From Squalus acanthias (Eukaryota): a DNA stretch of 64,000 nt. The position numbers were made by a program, and so were the translations under genes. Under the pieces are notes generated by a model. That model was not told the DNA's origin. It ran no database searches and saw nothing but the letters and a program-made list of their open reading frames with translations. Positions 51,721-63,882 of the stretch are shown in pieces. The stretch spans positions 100,442,001 to 100,506,000 of the forward strand of contig CM059432.1 in assembly GCA_030390025.1 (NCBI GenBank), in the 5' to 3' direction. How positions within the stretch are numbered: the stretch's first letter is position 1; every line of letters begins with the position of its first letter.

Positions 51721-53326
51721 TCATAGAGTTATACAGCACAGAAAGAGGCCCTTCGGTCCATCGTGTCCGCGCCGGCCATCAAGCCCTGTCTATTCTAATC
51801 CCATTTTCCAGCACTTGGTCCGTAGCCTTGTATGCTATGGCGTTTCAAGTGCTCATCTAAATGCTTCTTGAATGTTGTGAGGGTTCCTGCCTCTACCACC
51901 CTTTCAGGCAGTGAGTTCCAGATTCCAACCACCCTCTGGGTGAAAAAGTTTTACCTCAAATCCCCTCTAAACCTCCTGCCCCTTACCTTGAAACTATGCC
52001 CCCTGGTTATTGACCCCTCCACTGAGGGGAAAAGTTCCTTTCTATCTACCCTATCTATGCCCCTCATAATTTTGTACACCTCAATCAGGTCCCCCCTCAG
52101 CCTTCTCTGCTCTAAGGAAAACAACCCCAGCCTGTCCAGTCTCTCTTCACAGCTGAAGTGCTCCAGCCCAGGTAACATCCTGGTGAATCTCCTCTGCACC
52201 CTCTCCAATGCAATCACATCCTTCCTATATTGTGGTGACCAGAACTGCACACAGTATTCCAGCTGTGGCCTAACTCGCGTTTTGTACAGCTCCATCATAA
52301 CCTCACTGCTCTTATATTCTATGCCTCGGCTAATGAGGCAAGTATCCCATATGCCTTTTTAACCACCTTATCTACCTGTCCTGCTGCCTTATGGGATCTA
52401 TGTACATGCACACCAAGGTCCCTCTGATCCTCTGTCCTTCCTAGGGTCCGACCATTCATTGTGTATTCCCTTGCCTTGTTAGTCCTCCCAAAATGCATCA
52501 CCTCACACTTTTCAGGGTTAAATTCATTTGCCACTGTTCTGCCCATCTGACCAACCTGTCTATATCGTCCTGTAGCCTGAGGCTTCCCTCCTCGCTATTT
52601 ACCACTCCGCCAATTTTCGTGTCATCTGCAAACTTACTGATCATGCCTCCTACATTCATATCTAAATCATTAATGTACACTACAAACAGCAAAGGACCCA
52701 GCACCGATCCCTGCGGTACGCCACTGGACACAGGCTTCCAGTCACAAAAACAACCTTCGACCATCACCCTCTGCCTTCTGCCACTAAGCCAATTTTGGAT
52801 CCAATGTGCCAAGTTGCCCTGGATCTCATGGGCTCTGACCTTCTTGACCAGTCTCCCATGAAGTCCATGTAGACGACATCAACTGCACTACCCTCATCCA
52901 CACACCTAGTCACCCCCTCGAAAAATTCAATCAAATTGGTTAGACATGATCTCCCCCTGATTAATCCTTGCCTCTCCAAGTGGAGACTAATTCTGTCCCT
53001 CAGATTTTTTTCCAATAATTTCCCTACCACTGATGTTAGGCTCACTGGCCTGTAATTCCCTGGGGTTTATCCCTACTACCCTTCTTAAATAATGGTACTA
53101 CGTTAGCTGTCCTCCAGTCCTCTGGCACCTCCCCTGTGGCCAGAGAGGTTCTGAAAATTTGTGTCAGAGCCCCTGCAATCTCCTCCCTTGCCTCACACAG
53201 CAGCCTGGGATACATCTCGTCTGGGCCTGGGGACTTATCCACTTTTAAGCCCGCTAAAACCGCTAGTACCTCCTCCTTCTCAATACTAATTTATTCAATT
53301 ATATCACAATCCCCCTGCCTGATTTC
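51721..53326 (-). mobile_element. 5'-truncated CR1 LINE, second subfamily
   Basis: [49 protein letters not shown]; different 3' UTR. Confidence 0.93.
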
Positions 53327-54974
53327 TATGCCATGCTTTTCAGGCTTCTGTACTTCCTATTGGCTCTTCGCTTTCATTTCATATTTAAATAACCAAATTT
53401 ACCTAAGTTATAATGTGCAATCAATCTTTCTTTCATTTTTTTCTTCAATGTTATCCTTAATTTGATCATCATTGCGTAATTACTATCCACATTCATTCCA
53501 GATAATGTCTTGCCATTAATAAAACTTAACTTCCATCAGAGATGAAGATCACAAATGGCTAATTTGGTTACCAGATTGTTATTGTCAGCTGATATCTAAG
53601 TGTGGGATCGTGGTGAGTGATGGTTGAACAGAGTTTCAGCTGTCATCAATTCTGAAAAAATTCACGAACCTCTCGCTTTCATTGTTAACAACAGACTAAA
53701 ATCTTCTTCCACTCCATCATCTTTGCCAGCTCTTACTTCTATATTTAATGGCTGATTTTGCTAATTTTATCCAAAACCATGTGTTTTTAGTCATAAAATT
53801 ATCCTGCTACACCATCATGTTATACCGTGCTTGGAACATACAATTAAATATGTGGGCTCATCTGGGGGTGGACCCTGGAAGAGGAACAATTTAAACTCTT
53901 ATATTGAGGGGCGGGGGTGGCACAAATGCCCCCTACCTGCGTGCAGATGACGTGACCTTCCTGTATATTCTGGCAGGGTCAACAGTGGAGGTCACCTGCG
54001 GGTACGATCCCAACGTAATTGTTGGGATTGCAGCACAAGAAATATCAAGACCATTGACATTTAACTTGTCTGTTCGGATCTTGATTACTTCAATAAGGTC
54101 AGTTTAACCCTCTCTTCTCCAGTGGAAACATTCTCCGTCTTTGTAGCATCTCCTCAAAAGTCAGGTGCCCAATAGGAGCTATTTGTCCAGTTGCCCTTCA
54201 TGTCTTTTTTCAGATTCTTGTTATCTCCACCTCCTCTCCAGCTACCTCTTGACGGCAATGCCACTTTCCCCCATCTCCTTCAATGTTCAGATATTACAGG
54301 TGCCACATTTGCTCAATTTATTGAGAAGATTGAAGCCACAATGATTTGACAACACTGAAATCCATGACAACACTGAAATCCAGCCTTATTTCTTTGTCTA
54401 GACAGAGTTTGTTATTGCCTCATTATAACAATGAGCCACTCCGTGCTGTGGACAATTCCATCCCCAGCAACATGATTACCAGCTAGCCTGATGAACTCAA
54501 CAAATTGTAATATCATTTTCCTATCATTATATGTATTCCATGTTGTAATTAACATATGGAGCAGTGACGTTGTGGGCTTCTCTGTTCTTCTACAATTGAA
54601 GTGTAAAAATACTTAAGAGCCTACAACCCACTTCCAGGTGTTCTTTTCAATGAAACCTTTGGCATGTCTTCGGTGAACTTCATCTGCCAAAGAACTGATA
54701 CCACCATCCACTGACATCTTATCACTATGCAAAGACTTTGAAGGTGACGAGTGAAGAGTCTTAACATGTCCCTGCTTATAGGAACACTGAAGTACTGAGT
54801 GGTGCAGAATCTTCCTCAGTGTAGTAACATAAGGGGAGACCAGCTCATGCCAGTAGAACAGATAGTGAAATTGTGCATGTCCAGCCCATGAACTTCTGTC
54901 TTTAAAAAAAAAATCAATCAATAGGTAAAAAATTACAGGCTGGAGGCATGCAACTTCCCAATAGAATTTCTAGA

Positions 54975-55610
54975 ATTACAACATAGAAACAAACCAGTCA
55001 GCCCAACCAATCCACGTTGTTTACCTTCCACAAGAGCAATAGTCCTCATCCTATATGCCTACTTTGTTCCCCAAAGCCTTTATTCCCCTTTCCTTCCACC
55101 TATCTAACCTATTCTTAAATGTTGACATGGTCTTTGTTTCAACCGTTATTCTGTTGGTGCATTCTGTAGCCTCACAACACTGTGTGAAACAACTTTCTCC
55201 TGAATAACAACAGAAAACGCTGGAAAAACTCAGCAGGCCAGGCAGCATCCGTGGAGAGAGAAAGAGAGTTAACGTTTCAGGTCGATGACCTTTCATCAGA
55301 ACTTTCTCCTGATCTTTGTCTTAATTCTCTTACATTTAATCTTGTATCTACATCCCTTCATTCTAGACCCTTCGATCACAAGAAACAGTCTGTTTCTATC
55401 TAAACTATCCCATCACTACATAATTTTAAACACCTCTATCAAATCACCCCATAATCTTTTCTGTTGGAACAAACTGTCACAGTTTTTCAAGTCTTTCTTC
55501 ATATTTGTATTTTCTCATGCCAGGCAGCATCTTAGTGAATCTGTGCTGTACCCTCTCTATTGCCTCAACTGGGCTTGGAAACCAAAACTGCACACAGCAC
55601 TCCAGCCGTG
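54975..55610 (-). mobile_element. Old CR1 3' fragment, interrupted at 55204-55299
   Basis: gctggagtgctgtgtgcagttttgg...gggtctagaa...tttaagaataggttagatagg. Confidence 0.7.
55267..55303 (-). ncRNA. Minimal type I hammerhead ribozyme motif in a 96-bp Penelope-derived insert (13-bp TSD)
   Basis: Minus strand AGTT-CTGATGA-A-AGGTC-ATC-GACCT-GAAA-CG-TT-AACT; TSD AACTTTCTCCTGA at 55191-55203 and 55300-55312. Confidence 0.72.
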
Positions 55611-55698
55611 ATATATGCTGCTGGACATTCCCAGCCTACACTGGAAGTGTTGAAGTAGAAAATCTCCTGACAGTTCAACATAATTTCTAAGATATATT

Positions 55699-55939
55699 GG
55701 GGGTGAAATTGGGTTTGCGACTGGGCGTGGCACTGACTCCCGCCATATTCGGTGAGAGTTTTGCGGTGGCGCTACGACCTTGTGCCCCGATCTCCTTTGC
55801 CGGAGATCGTGATTCCCCGAGCGCTTTAGTGCTCCACTTCCCTCTTGGGGAGCTAAAACTCAATTTCGCGGTCGCCAGCGCTAATAAGCGCCCAGGCAAT
55901 GTTAGCGCCCCAAAATGGCCAATAGCAAATTTTTCTCCC
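55699..55939. mobile_element. 241-bp Harbinger-type MITE, TSD ATT
   Basis: ATT|GGGGGTGAAATT ... AATTTTTCTCCC|ATT. Confidence 0.85.
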
Positions 55940-56015
55940 ATTCTCCTTAACTATTTAAAAATTAAACAGATGAAATGAAAGAATGATCTACTTAGACTGG
56001 GAAGACATAGATAAT

Positions 56016-56781
56016 GGGCCAAAAATTCGGCCCTTCCCGGGTGAGTACGCGCTCTGTACTCACCCGTAATGCTTCCCGAAGTGCCGGTTTCCTGCATGCA
56101 CTGCGCATGCGCGGGAAACCGGAACTTCCGGTGTGGTGAAGGGGGCGGTTCCTAGGTGAACTGCGTGCGTGGTAGAGGCTGCGCGCACGCAGCAAACTTA
56201 GATTTTTTTTCAGGTTTCTACACGAGGGTAAGTATTGAAGAAGCTACGCTAATAAAAAGGAGGCGCAAGGCCCATTTTCAACAAGGTAAGTGGTTAATTA
56301 AGTATAATTTTAAATTTTTTTCAACAGGTTTATCTTTTTTAGATACTTTAAAGAAAGGTAAGTTTATTTTTATCACTTTTAAAAAGTATTTTAATTTTTT
56401 CAAAAATAAAAATTTTTGTTTAAAGTGGTTAATTTATTTAACTATAGTTATTTTATAAACGTGATGGTTTTTAAAAAAAATTTATTTTAAGTTTAGCTGT
56501 TCTTTTGGGGCCGATTTCAATTCACAGATTTGACAGGTCTCCTGTCAAATCTATGAATGAAAGATGGTCTGCTGCCATTGGCTCTCCATGGCCCATGTGA
56601 TCCCAGGGGACGCATCGCACTAACTATGCCCCTGGGACATGCAAGCACTGCGCGCCGGCAGTTGGGAGAGGCCCAGGAGCTGAAGTTCCCGTGGGCCCAA
56701 AACACAACGGCAGGCGCGGTAGGTAAGAGCGCGCGCTGATCCTTACCCCCACGGCAAGCCGGAGAGGCGAATTTCTGGGCC
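56016..56781. mobile_element. TIR MITE with AT-rich core (44408/49344 group)
   Basis: GGGCCAAAAATTCG ... CGAATTTCTGGGCC; shares ccatggcccatgtgatcccaggg with 49344. Confidence 0.85.
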
Positions 56782-58293
56782 ATGTCAAACACTTGCACAT
56801 GCCTGGAGTGATTCCCCGAGCAGCAATGTAAATGCTACAGACCTTACACCATTTTCGAACCGGTATGTAGGCACAGACGAAGGAAGGCAAGGCAGTAACA
56901 CTAATTACAAGAGTGACATCTGATTTAATCTTATCACAGGCAGCATCAAACCTTACTCTAGTTTCAATCAGAATGTATTTACTTAGTTCCCCCAAAGGCT
57001 CAGCAAATTTATCCAGTGTGTGCTTCAGCCATACCGATCAGGAAGATCCAAAGTTTGATCCCTGGTTTGTACTGCTAGCTAATCTCAGCTGGCTGGGGCA
57101 GTAGGGCTGCTATAATAGCTCTCAGTCTCTGGAATGGGGAAGGGAACATTGGCCAGAGCTGTATGAATGTTGTATAGCAACAGCTACTGGAACTGTGCAT
57201 TTGTGGCTACCAGTACAGAATTGGATTCAATTGGCTATGATGCTCCATGTCTCTGAATAGCTTTTTGACACTTACTGTTATGGTCTAAACATGAATAAAG
57301 GCTACTTGAGAGAGGTGACAAAGGCTGCTGGGCACATATGGAATTGATCCTCAGCAAAAAGACAATGGGCCCAAAAATATGCAGGCGGCATGCACCCACC
57401 TGAAGCTGACCCCTTTGAAGTTTGTGAGGTCAGGAGGGAGCGGGGGGGCAGCACCATGAAAAGCAGGCATTTGGAGCAACTGGGGCATGCCCACCACAAG
57501 AGGACGTATAGTGCGGCGTAACTGGCAAGCCGGAAGGGGTGCCAGCCTCCTCCACCGAAACAGAATCTGTAAGGGGGCTGCACTTACTTAAAATAAAACC
57601 TTCACCTTCAGGGGTCAACGTCCCAAACCTAGCCTGGACACTTACACCAGCACCGCCCCCACCCCCTCCCACCCCATACTCCCTTCCCGGTGGGGTCCTC
57701 TTGGTTCGGAATTGGAGGTAGGTACAGCTCCTCCCCTTTGGCATACCAGCCTCCAACATCACACTGGACCCTCTCTAGGCTGGGGGCATGGGATCGCCCA
57801 ATGTCAGTAGTCCCCTCCTTTGGTCCTACCCCATGATGCAAGTGCCCAAGCAAGGAGCAGGTGGAGGTTCCTTCGCTTACTAGGCCCCGGGAACTCCTGG
57901 AAACAGAAGAAACTGATGTGCCCCCACACTGCCAAATATCTGCTTCTTCTGGTCACACTTCTTAACCTTGAGAACCTTTGGTGGTCAACGGCAATGGCTG
58001 TGGGTGGTTGTGTCCCAACACTTGCACCGGGAGGCAGGGCCCCACAGATTTTCAGGGCCATTCTTTTTGAACATGTTATCCATTTGTTTGAAATAGCAAA
58101 CATAGGATATCTTTTTGCTATCTTTACAATGCCACTACAAATAGCAACCAGAGGAAATCTTCCCCACTAGTTTAAAGCTACAGGATAACATTGTACAATA
58201 GCAAAATACTGTGGATGTTGGAAATCTGAAATAACAACAGAAAATGCTGTAAGCACTCAGCAGGCCAGGCAGCATCCGTGGAGAGAGAAACAG

Positions 58294-58330
58294 AGTTAAC
58301 GTTTCAGGTCTGTGACCCTTCATCAGAACT
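58294..58330 (-). ncRNA. Minimal type I hammerhead ribozyme motif (inverted Penelope repeat)
   Basis: Minus strand AGTT-CTGATGA-A-GGGTC-ACA-GACCT-GAAA-CG-TT-AACT. Confidence 0.72.
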
Positions 58331-59486
58331 GGAAAAAGTTAGAGATGTAACAGATTTTAAGCAGGTGCAGAGGCAAGGAAAGGGGGAGGGGAGGAAAGAA
58401 CAAAAGGGACGGTCTGTGATAGGGTGGAAGGTAGGAGTGGTTAAATGTTGCAAATGGGGATGGCAGAATCATCAACACCTGCCGCCTGAAAAATAGGGGC
58501 AGAGGTTATGGTCTGAAATTGTTGAACTCAATGTTGAGTCCAGAAGGCTGTGAAGTGCCTATTCGAAAGATGAGGTGCTGTTCCTCGAGCTTACGTTGAG
58601 CTTCATTTGAACAGTGTAAAAGACCGAGGACAGAGAGGTCAGAGTGGGAGTGGAGCGAGAATTAAAGTGACAGGCGACCGGAAGCTCTGCCGAGGACAGA
58701 GAGGTCAGATCTTTCCCTCACCTCCCCTTTCAGCATTCCGAAGGGACCGCTCCCTCCGCGATACCCTGGTCCACTCCTCAATCACCCCCAACAGCCCTTC
58801 CCCTTCGCCCGGCACCTTCCCGTGCAAGCACAGGAGATGCAACACCTGCCCTTTTACCTCTTCTCTTCCCACTGTCCAGGGCCCCAAACACCCCTTCCAG
58901 GTGAAACAGCGATTTACTTGTACTTCTTGCAATTTAGTATACTGTATTCGCTGCTCACGATGCGGTCTCCTCTACATTGGGGAGACCAAACGCAGATTGG
59001 GCGACCGCTTTGTGGAACACCTCCGTTCAGTCCGTAAGGGTGACCCCGAGCTTCCGGTCACCTGTCACTTTAATTCTCCGCTCCACTCCCACACTGACCT
59101 CTCTGTCCTTGGCCTCTTACACTGTTCCAATGAAGCTCGAGGAACAGCACCTCATCTTTCGATTAGGCACTTTGCAGCCTTCTGGACTCAACATCGAGTT
59201 CAACAATTTCAGACCATAACCTCTGCCCCTATCACTTTTTTTCTCTCTCTTACATGGCAGCTGCTGATCATCCTACCATTGCCATTTACACTTCATCTAG
59301 AGTCATCTTTTGTTTCTTAACTTGTCCCATTACCATCTCCTTTTGCCTTGCACCATCATCCCTTTTGTCTCTTAATCTCTCCTGCCTTCCATCCTATCAC
59401 AGACCTTCCCTTTTGTTCTTTCCTCCCCTCCCCCTCTCCCTGCCCCTACACTTGCTTAAAAACCTGTTACATGTCCAACTTTTTCT

Positions 59487-59523
59487 AGTTCTGACGAAGA
59501 GTCATCGACCTGAAACGTTAACT
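59487..59523 (+). ncRNA. Minimal type I hammerhead ribozyme motif (one stem II mismatch)
   Basis: AGTT-CTGACGA-A-GAGTC-ATC-GACCT-GAAA-CG-TT-AACT. Confidence 0.62.
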
Positions 59524-59873
59524 CTATTTCTCTCTCTACAGATGCTGCCTGATCTGCTGAGTATTTCCAGCATTTTCTGTTTTTATTTCAGATTTTCCAT
59601 TGGATGCTGCTAGAGTGCCATTACTCTGGTAGTTCTATCCCAATGTCTAATACAATAATTAATGGCTAAAATGAAATATATTTTAAAAATAGGAACGTAG
59701 ACGATACTGACTTTGTGACAAAGAGCCCCTTTGTGTAGAGGCTATAATTATTCTTGTTTACAGCTAACTAGCTCAGGAATACAGTAACAAAGCAGCAGTG
59801 TTATAACTTATCAGAGCTCAGTTTAATTTCATGACTGCTCCAATAAATCAGTAAGAGAATATTTATGGCCTAC

Positions 59874-60051
59874 CATACTGTAATGAAGTCATAGATAGGT
59901 TCCGTTTGTAAGACAGTGAAGTTGATGTAGATTCCATTGCCTGGAGGTACTTTGACAATCCACAGGCAGTCCTGAAAGTTAGGGTACTCATCAGGGTACC
60001 CAGGAGAGTAGATAGTGCCATTTAGTGCAGTTATATTACCTCCACAGAGAG
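59874..60051 (-). CDS. CSMD3: CSMD3 coding exon, N-terminal half of a CUB domain (178 bp, phase 1-2)
   Basis: tttgtctAG|CT CTC TGT... (A)LCGGNITALNGTIYSPGYPDEYPNFQDCLWIVKVPPGNGIYINFTVLQTEPIYDFITV TG|GTAGG; in phase with both neighbours. Confidence 0.95.
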
Positions 60052-60402
60052 CTAGACAAACAACAAAAATCAATCTGTTAGAAAATGCAATCTATTTATT
60101 CACACTCCTGCCTGTTTGTATTTCAGTCAATATACATTCAAACGGCAAAAATATTGACAGTTGCAAAAATATGTGGAAGATCGAATCTATTAAAATGTGT
60201 CATTTTTGCTTTTATTCTGTTTTCCCTTTGGCAATTTTCTGCAAGTACGTTTTGAAGACACTATCTACCATGACACAAAAACCTCAATGACTTGGGTGTT
60301 GTAATTACTTTGAGCACCATTTCACTGCACTGGTTAAGTCACCAGTTTAACATTCCTGTATGCACTATTTTTAATGTGGCTTTTTCCATTAGAGCAATGT
60401 AG

Positions 60403-60775
60403 ATTATAGGGTGATATGATAGAAGTGTTTAAAATTACAAATGGATGGGACAAGATAGAAGGAAGCAGACTGTTTCCAACATTTTAGGGGTCTAGAATGA
60501 GGGGCTATAGATATAAGATTTAATGTAAGAGATTTAGAACAGAGAGTAAGAGAAACTTCTTTTCACATAAAGTTGTGAGGTTGTGGAATTTACTTCCAGG
60601 ATTCGAAGTTGAAGCAGAAACTATGTCAATAGTCAAGATTAGTTTGGAAAAGTGGGTAAAGGGATATGGGAACAGGGCAGGTAAATGTGATTAGGACTAT
60701 TTACTTGCATGGAAGGTAAATGCCGATGTGGATTAGTTGGGCCAAGTGGCCTGTTTCTGTGTTGTAACATCTATG
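60403..60775 (+). mobile_element. Old CR1 3' fragment
   Basis: agggtgatatgatagaagtgtttaaaatt...gggtctagaatgagggg...gttgtgaggttgtggaatt. Confidence 0.7.
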
Positions 60776-60961
60776 AGTAATTAAAAATTGCCCAAAAATT
60801 CAATTTAGTTCAATTTTAGCTCTTTGATCCTGCCGGAATAATTTGTGTTAAAGCAGAAAAGTTCTTTCAATATCAAATACGCATTGCCTCATTTAAATTA
60901 ATCCACCAAAATTTTCTTAATTTTCCTTTTAAACTAGTCTCTGCAACCTTCTGGACACCTA

Positions 60962-61843
60962 GGGGGAGAAATTCGGTATCGCCCCGTTTGGGGGCGCAAT
61001 TATCGGCCGGGCGCAAAGTTTAGCGCCTGCCGCTAATTATCGCCTCCGACTGCAAACTTGGCTTCTATCGCCCCTGGAGGTGATTGGAGCGCTAAATCAG
61101 GCGCTATGCACTCTCTTAAGGCGCTAACGCCGAGGAGCGAGGCGCTACCTCAGAGCACTGGTGAAGCTCATGTGATGTCAGTCAGCAATGGAACACACAC
61201 ACACTGGCGCCGGCCAGTTCTTAAAGGGGAGGGTCGATCTTGCTCTCCATCCACACCCTGCCCATTGCAGCCTTGAATCTCAGCCTGGAGAGACCTGCAC
61301 ATCAATTCTGCAGGAAAGAACAATGGAGAGGCCCAGGGAAATAGCTCAGAGTGCAGCCCCCAAGTCTTCTAAATCGATGCAAGGAAGGTCAAATCAAAAT
61401 GAACCTGCAAAGTGCTGTTTCAGTACCCAAAACTCCTTCACACAGCGTTGAAACTCTCCAGAAGTGTGTCTCTCTCTCTCTCAGAATGCGTGGTGCAAAA
61501 ATGTCGCCGACAAAAAAAGGCAGTAAGTGACCGCCTTTAAATAACGCTCCCCCAGTCCCTTCTCGACTGCAAAACGTTCCTCTCTACCTGTCGTTGCTAG
61601 CGGCAGGCGGAAAGGCAGGGGGCGCCACTCAATATCTGGTCCAGGGCGCTGAACGCTTGACTGACGTCACGATCTGCGAGCGCAGGAGATCGTGGCAGTA
61701 GTTTTTAGCGCCGCCGCAAAATGTCTGGTCAATTTCGCGAGCGGCACAAACATCGCCGCGTCCGGGCGCTAGTAGCTTTGCACCCCGTTAGCACCCTCTT
61801 AGGGCGCTAATGGGAGGCGCAAAGCAACCGAATGTTTCCCCCC
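60962..61843. mobile_element. MITE derived from the Harbinger B family, TSD CTA
   Basis: CTA|GGGGGAGAAATTCGG ... CCGAATGTTTCCCCCC|CTA; same internal junction as 32828-33718. Confidence 0.92.
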
Positions 61844-63882
61844 CTAGCATTTTAAATCTGAGGGACTATCTGAGAGCCAGTCAGCTAACATCAGCAATAT
61901 GTTCCGTCAGTGAGCAACTCTGTTAATTTAATGGTGAATGATGCTTACAATACTCAGCTGGGGCAATCAGTGCCTTGAAATTTAGTGCTGCAGTATATGT
62001 TATCAGGACTAACAGTTCTCCAGACAGTAGGCCATCCTAGCTGCAGCAACATATATTTTCGATTTTAAAAAGTGATACTTGTGAAGCTAATTTTAAAAAT
62101 GGACCCGACTGGAAAATACCAATGGTAAGCATTCTAGCAACTTCTTTTGGTAGAAAGGCTTTAGGTAAGATTTATGGCATAAAGCTTATTCAACACTTAT
62201 TTTCTTATGAATTTCTTCTGAACATACACCTTAAAATAAAAGTGACAGGCTTTTGTTGGCACTTCATACCTCTGAGTTAGGACCATTGTACAGCCTATTT
62301 CACTGTTTTATTATGTAGGATAATATTTTAGATATCCCTTAGACTGAAATGCAATTAGGCTCTGAACACTGCATCATCGGTACTTATTTTGAAAATATAT
62401 AAAGCATACTTTTTTCATTCAATTTCCCCCCTTCTTTTCCTGAAAGCACGAACTCATTCTACACCAGTCACCTTCTGGTAATGCACCCAAAAGCACATCT
62501 TCTTTCTGCCAAGCAAAAGGCCAAAGACTTTTAAGTTAAAAATTGGTCATAGAAAATTCAGCACCCAATCTCAATTCTAGTCTTCTTTCCTCAAACTTGA
62601 ATATAACCAGTGCTGCAGCAATCTCTCTATCAAATCACTGACTAAACAGGGTACTGATGCCTGGAGATTATGATCCCTTTTTTCAGATATTTGTGCTCTC
62701 CATGAATATCTTGCAGCTTCTGAAATCATGTGCTATTTTTGTGCCAAGGCATTAATCTTCCCTTTTAGTTGATTGTTACATTTTAGTCACCTCTTCTAAT
62801 CAGGCATGATATGACGCCGAAACGCTAGTGGAAAATTATAAACAGGATGCATCATTTTGTTGATTGAAAAATGTAACAAATTAGAAAAAAAAATACATTT
62901 TACATCAGAAAACCTTGGGTTCAATGTCTGTACAAATACATTGCTTCTACACATTTTTAATTCATTATGCAGGATGGTAATATTTGATTTAAAAGCTTAT
63001 TTATAAAATTCATGCTTCCAGTTATAGTATTTAATTCAAATTCAGGCCGATTTTCCTGGGCAATTGAGATGCAGTACATCAGAACTGGAGTATAAGCATC
63101 TTGTTTTAGAACATGTTTATAATTTTGTTACAAATTCAAAAAAGGAAGTCTTCACAAGTTGATTGATCTGGCCACTACACATAGTGATGAGGGAAATTGT
63201 TGCTCTGGGTCATTTGCTCTTGCTTGCTGCTTACAAAGGGAACTGGGCATTAACAACCCTTACTTAATTTCTCCTCATGAGGAATATGCATTGAATCTTT
63301 TCTGCATCAGGAAGCTTGATTTTCCTACTGAATTGCTTAAATGCTATGGGCTGTTTCTTCAGTTAACATCTCCTGTATTTTCAGTTCACTCAAGTAAGCA
63401 ACCAACAGAAACTTGTGGGAACCTTGTGAAAAATAAATGCTAATAAGCTTCTCACAATGCTTAATGACAGAAAAATTCTACTTTAATAACCATTTCTCTC
63501 AGGAAGATTAAATCGTAAATATATTAAACAGTTGGGAATCAGTTATTACTTCCAGACCTTTTCATTAGGAATATTTGAAACCAGGATTTCTCCTTTTAAG
63601 TGGGTTTCCTTTTATTGGAGTTGATGGTTAATAGGCTGCATTGTTGTTGCTCACCTGAGCAAAATAACAGCAGGAGAAATTGAGAAGATTCATGCCTGTA
63701 CTACACGACAAGCATCCCAAATACTGTACTCAGCATAGATTTGCTCTAAAGTCTTCAAATAGTGGTGGATTACAACAGTGGATCAGTGAAGCAACCATTA
63801 AATATCCACACGGGCAAATGTCACTCACATAGATATCAAACATACATGACAGAAGCATAGCAAACGTTTGTTTATTACATAC

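Larger units (their letters stand above)
58200..59600 (+). mobile_element. Penelope-like retroelement remnant: GIY-YIG endonuclease segment with an inverted copy of its 3' region upstream
   Basis: AFRRDRSLRDTLVHS, C..RRCNTC, NLVYCIRCSRCGLLYIGETKRRLGDRFVEH, HFNS; 58200-58685 is an inverted copy of about 59050-59600. Confidence 0.92.

Noticed and set aside
54613..54921. 102-aa ORF with faint resemblance to an integrase zinc-binding region
   Set aside because: Motif spacing unconvincing and no other pol motifs nearby.
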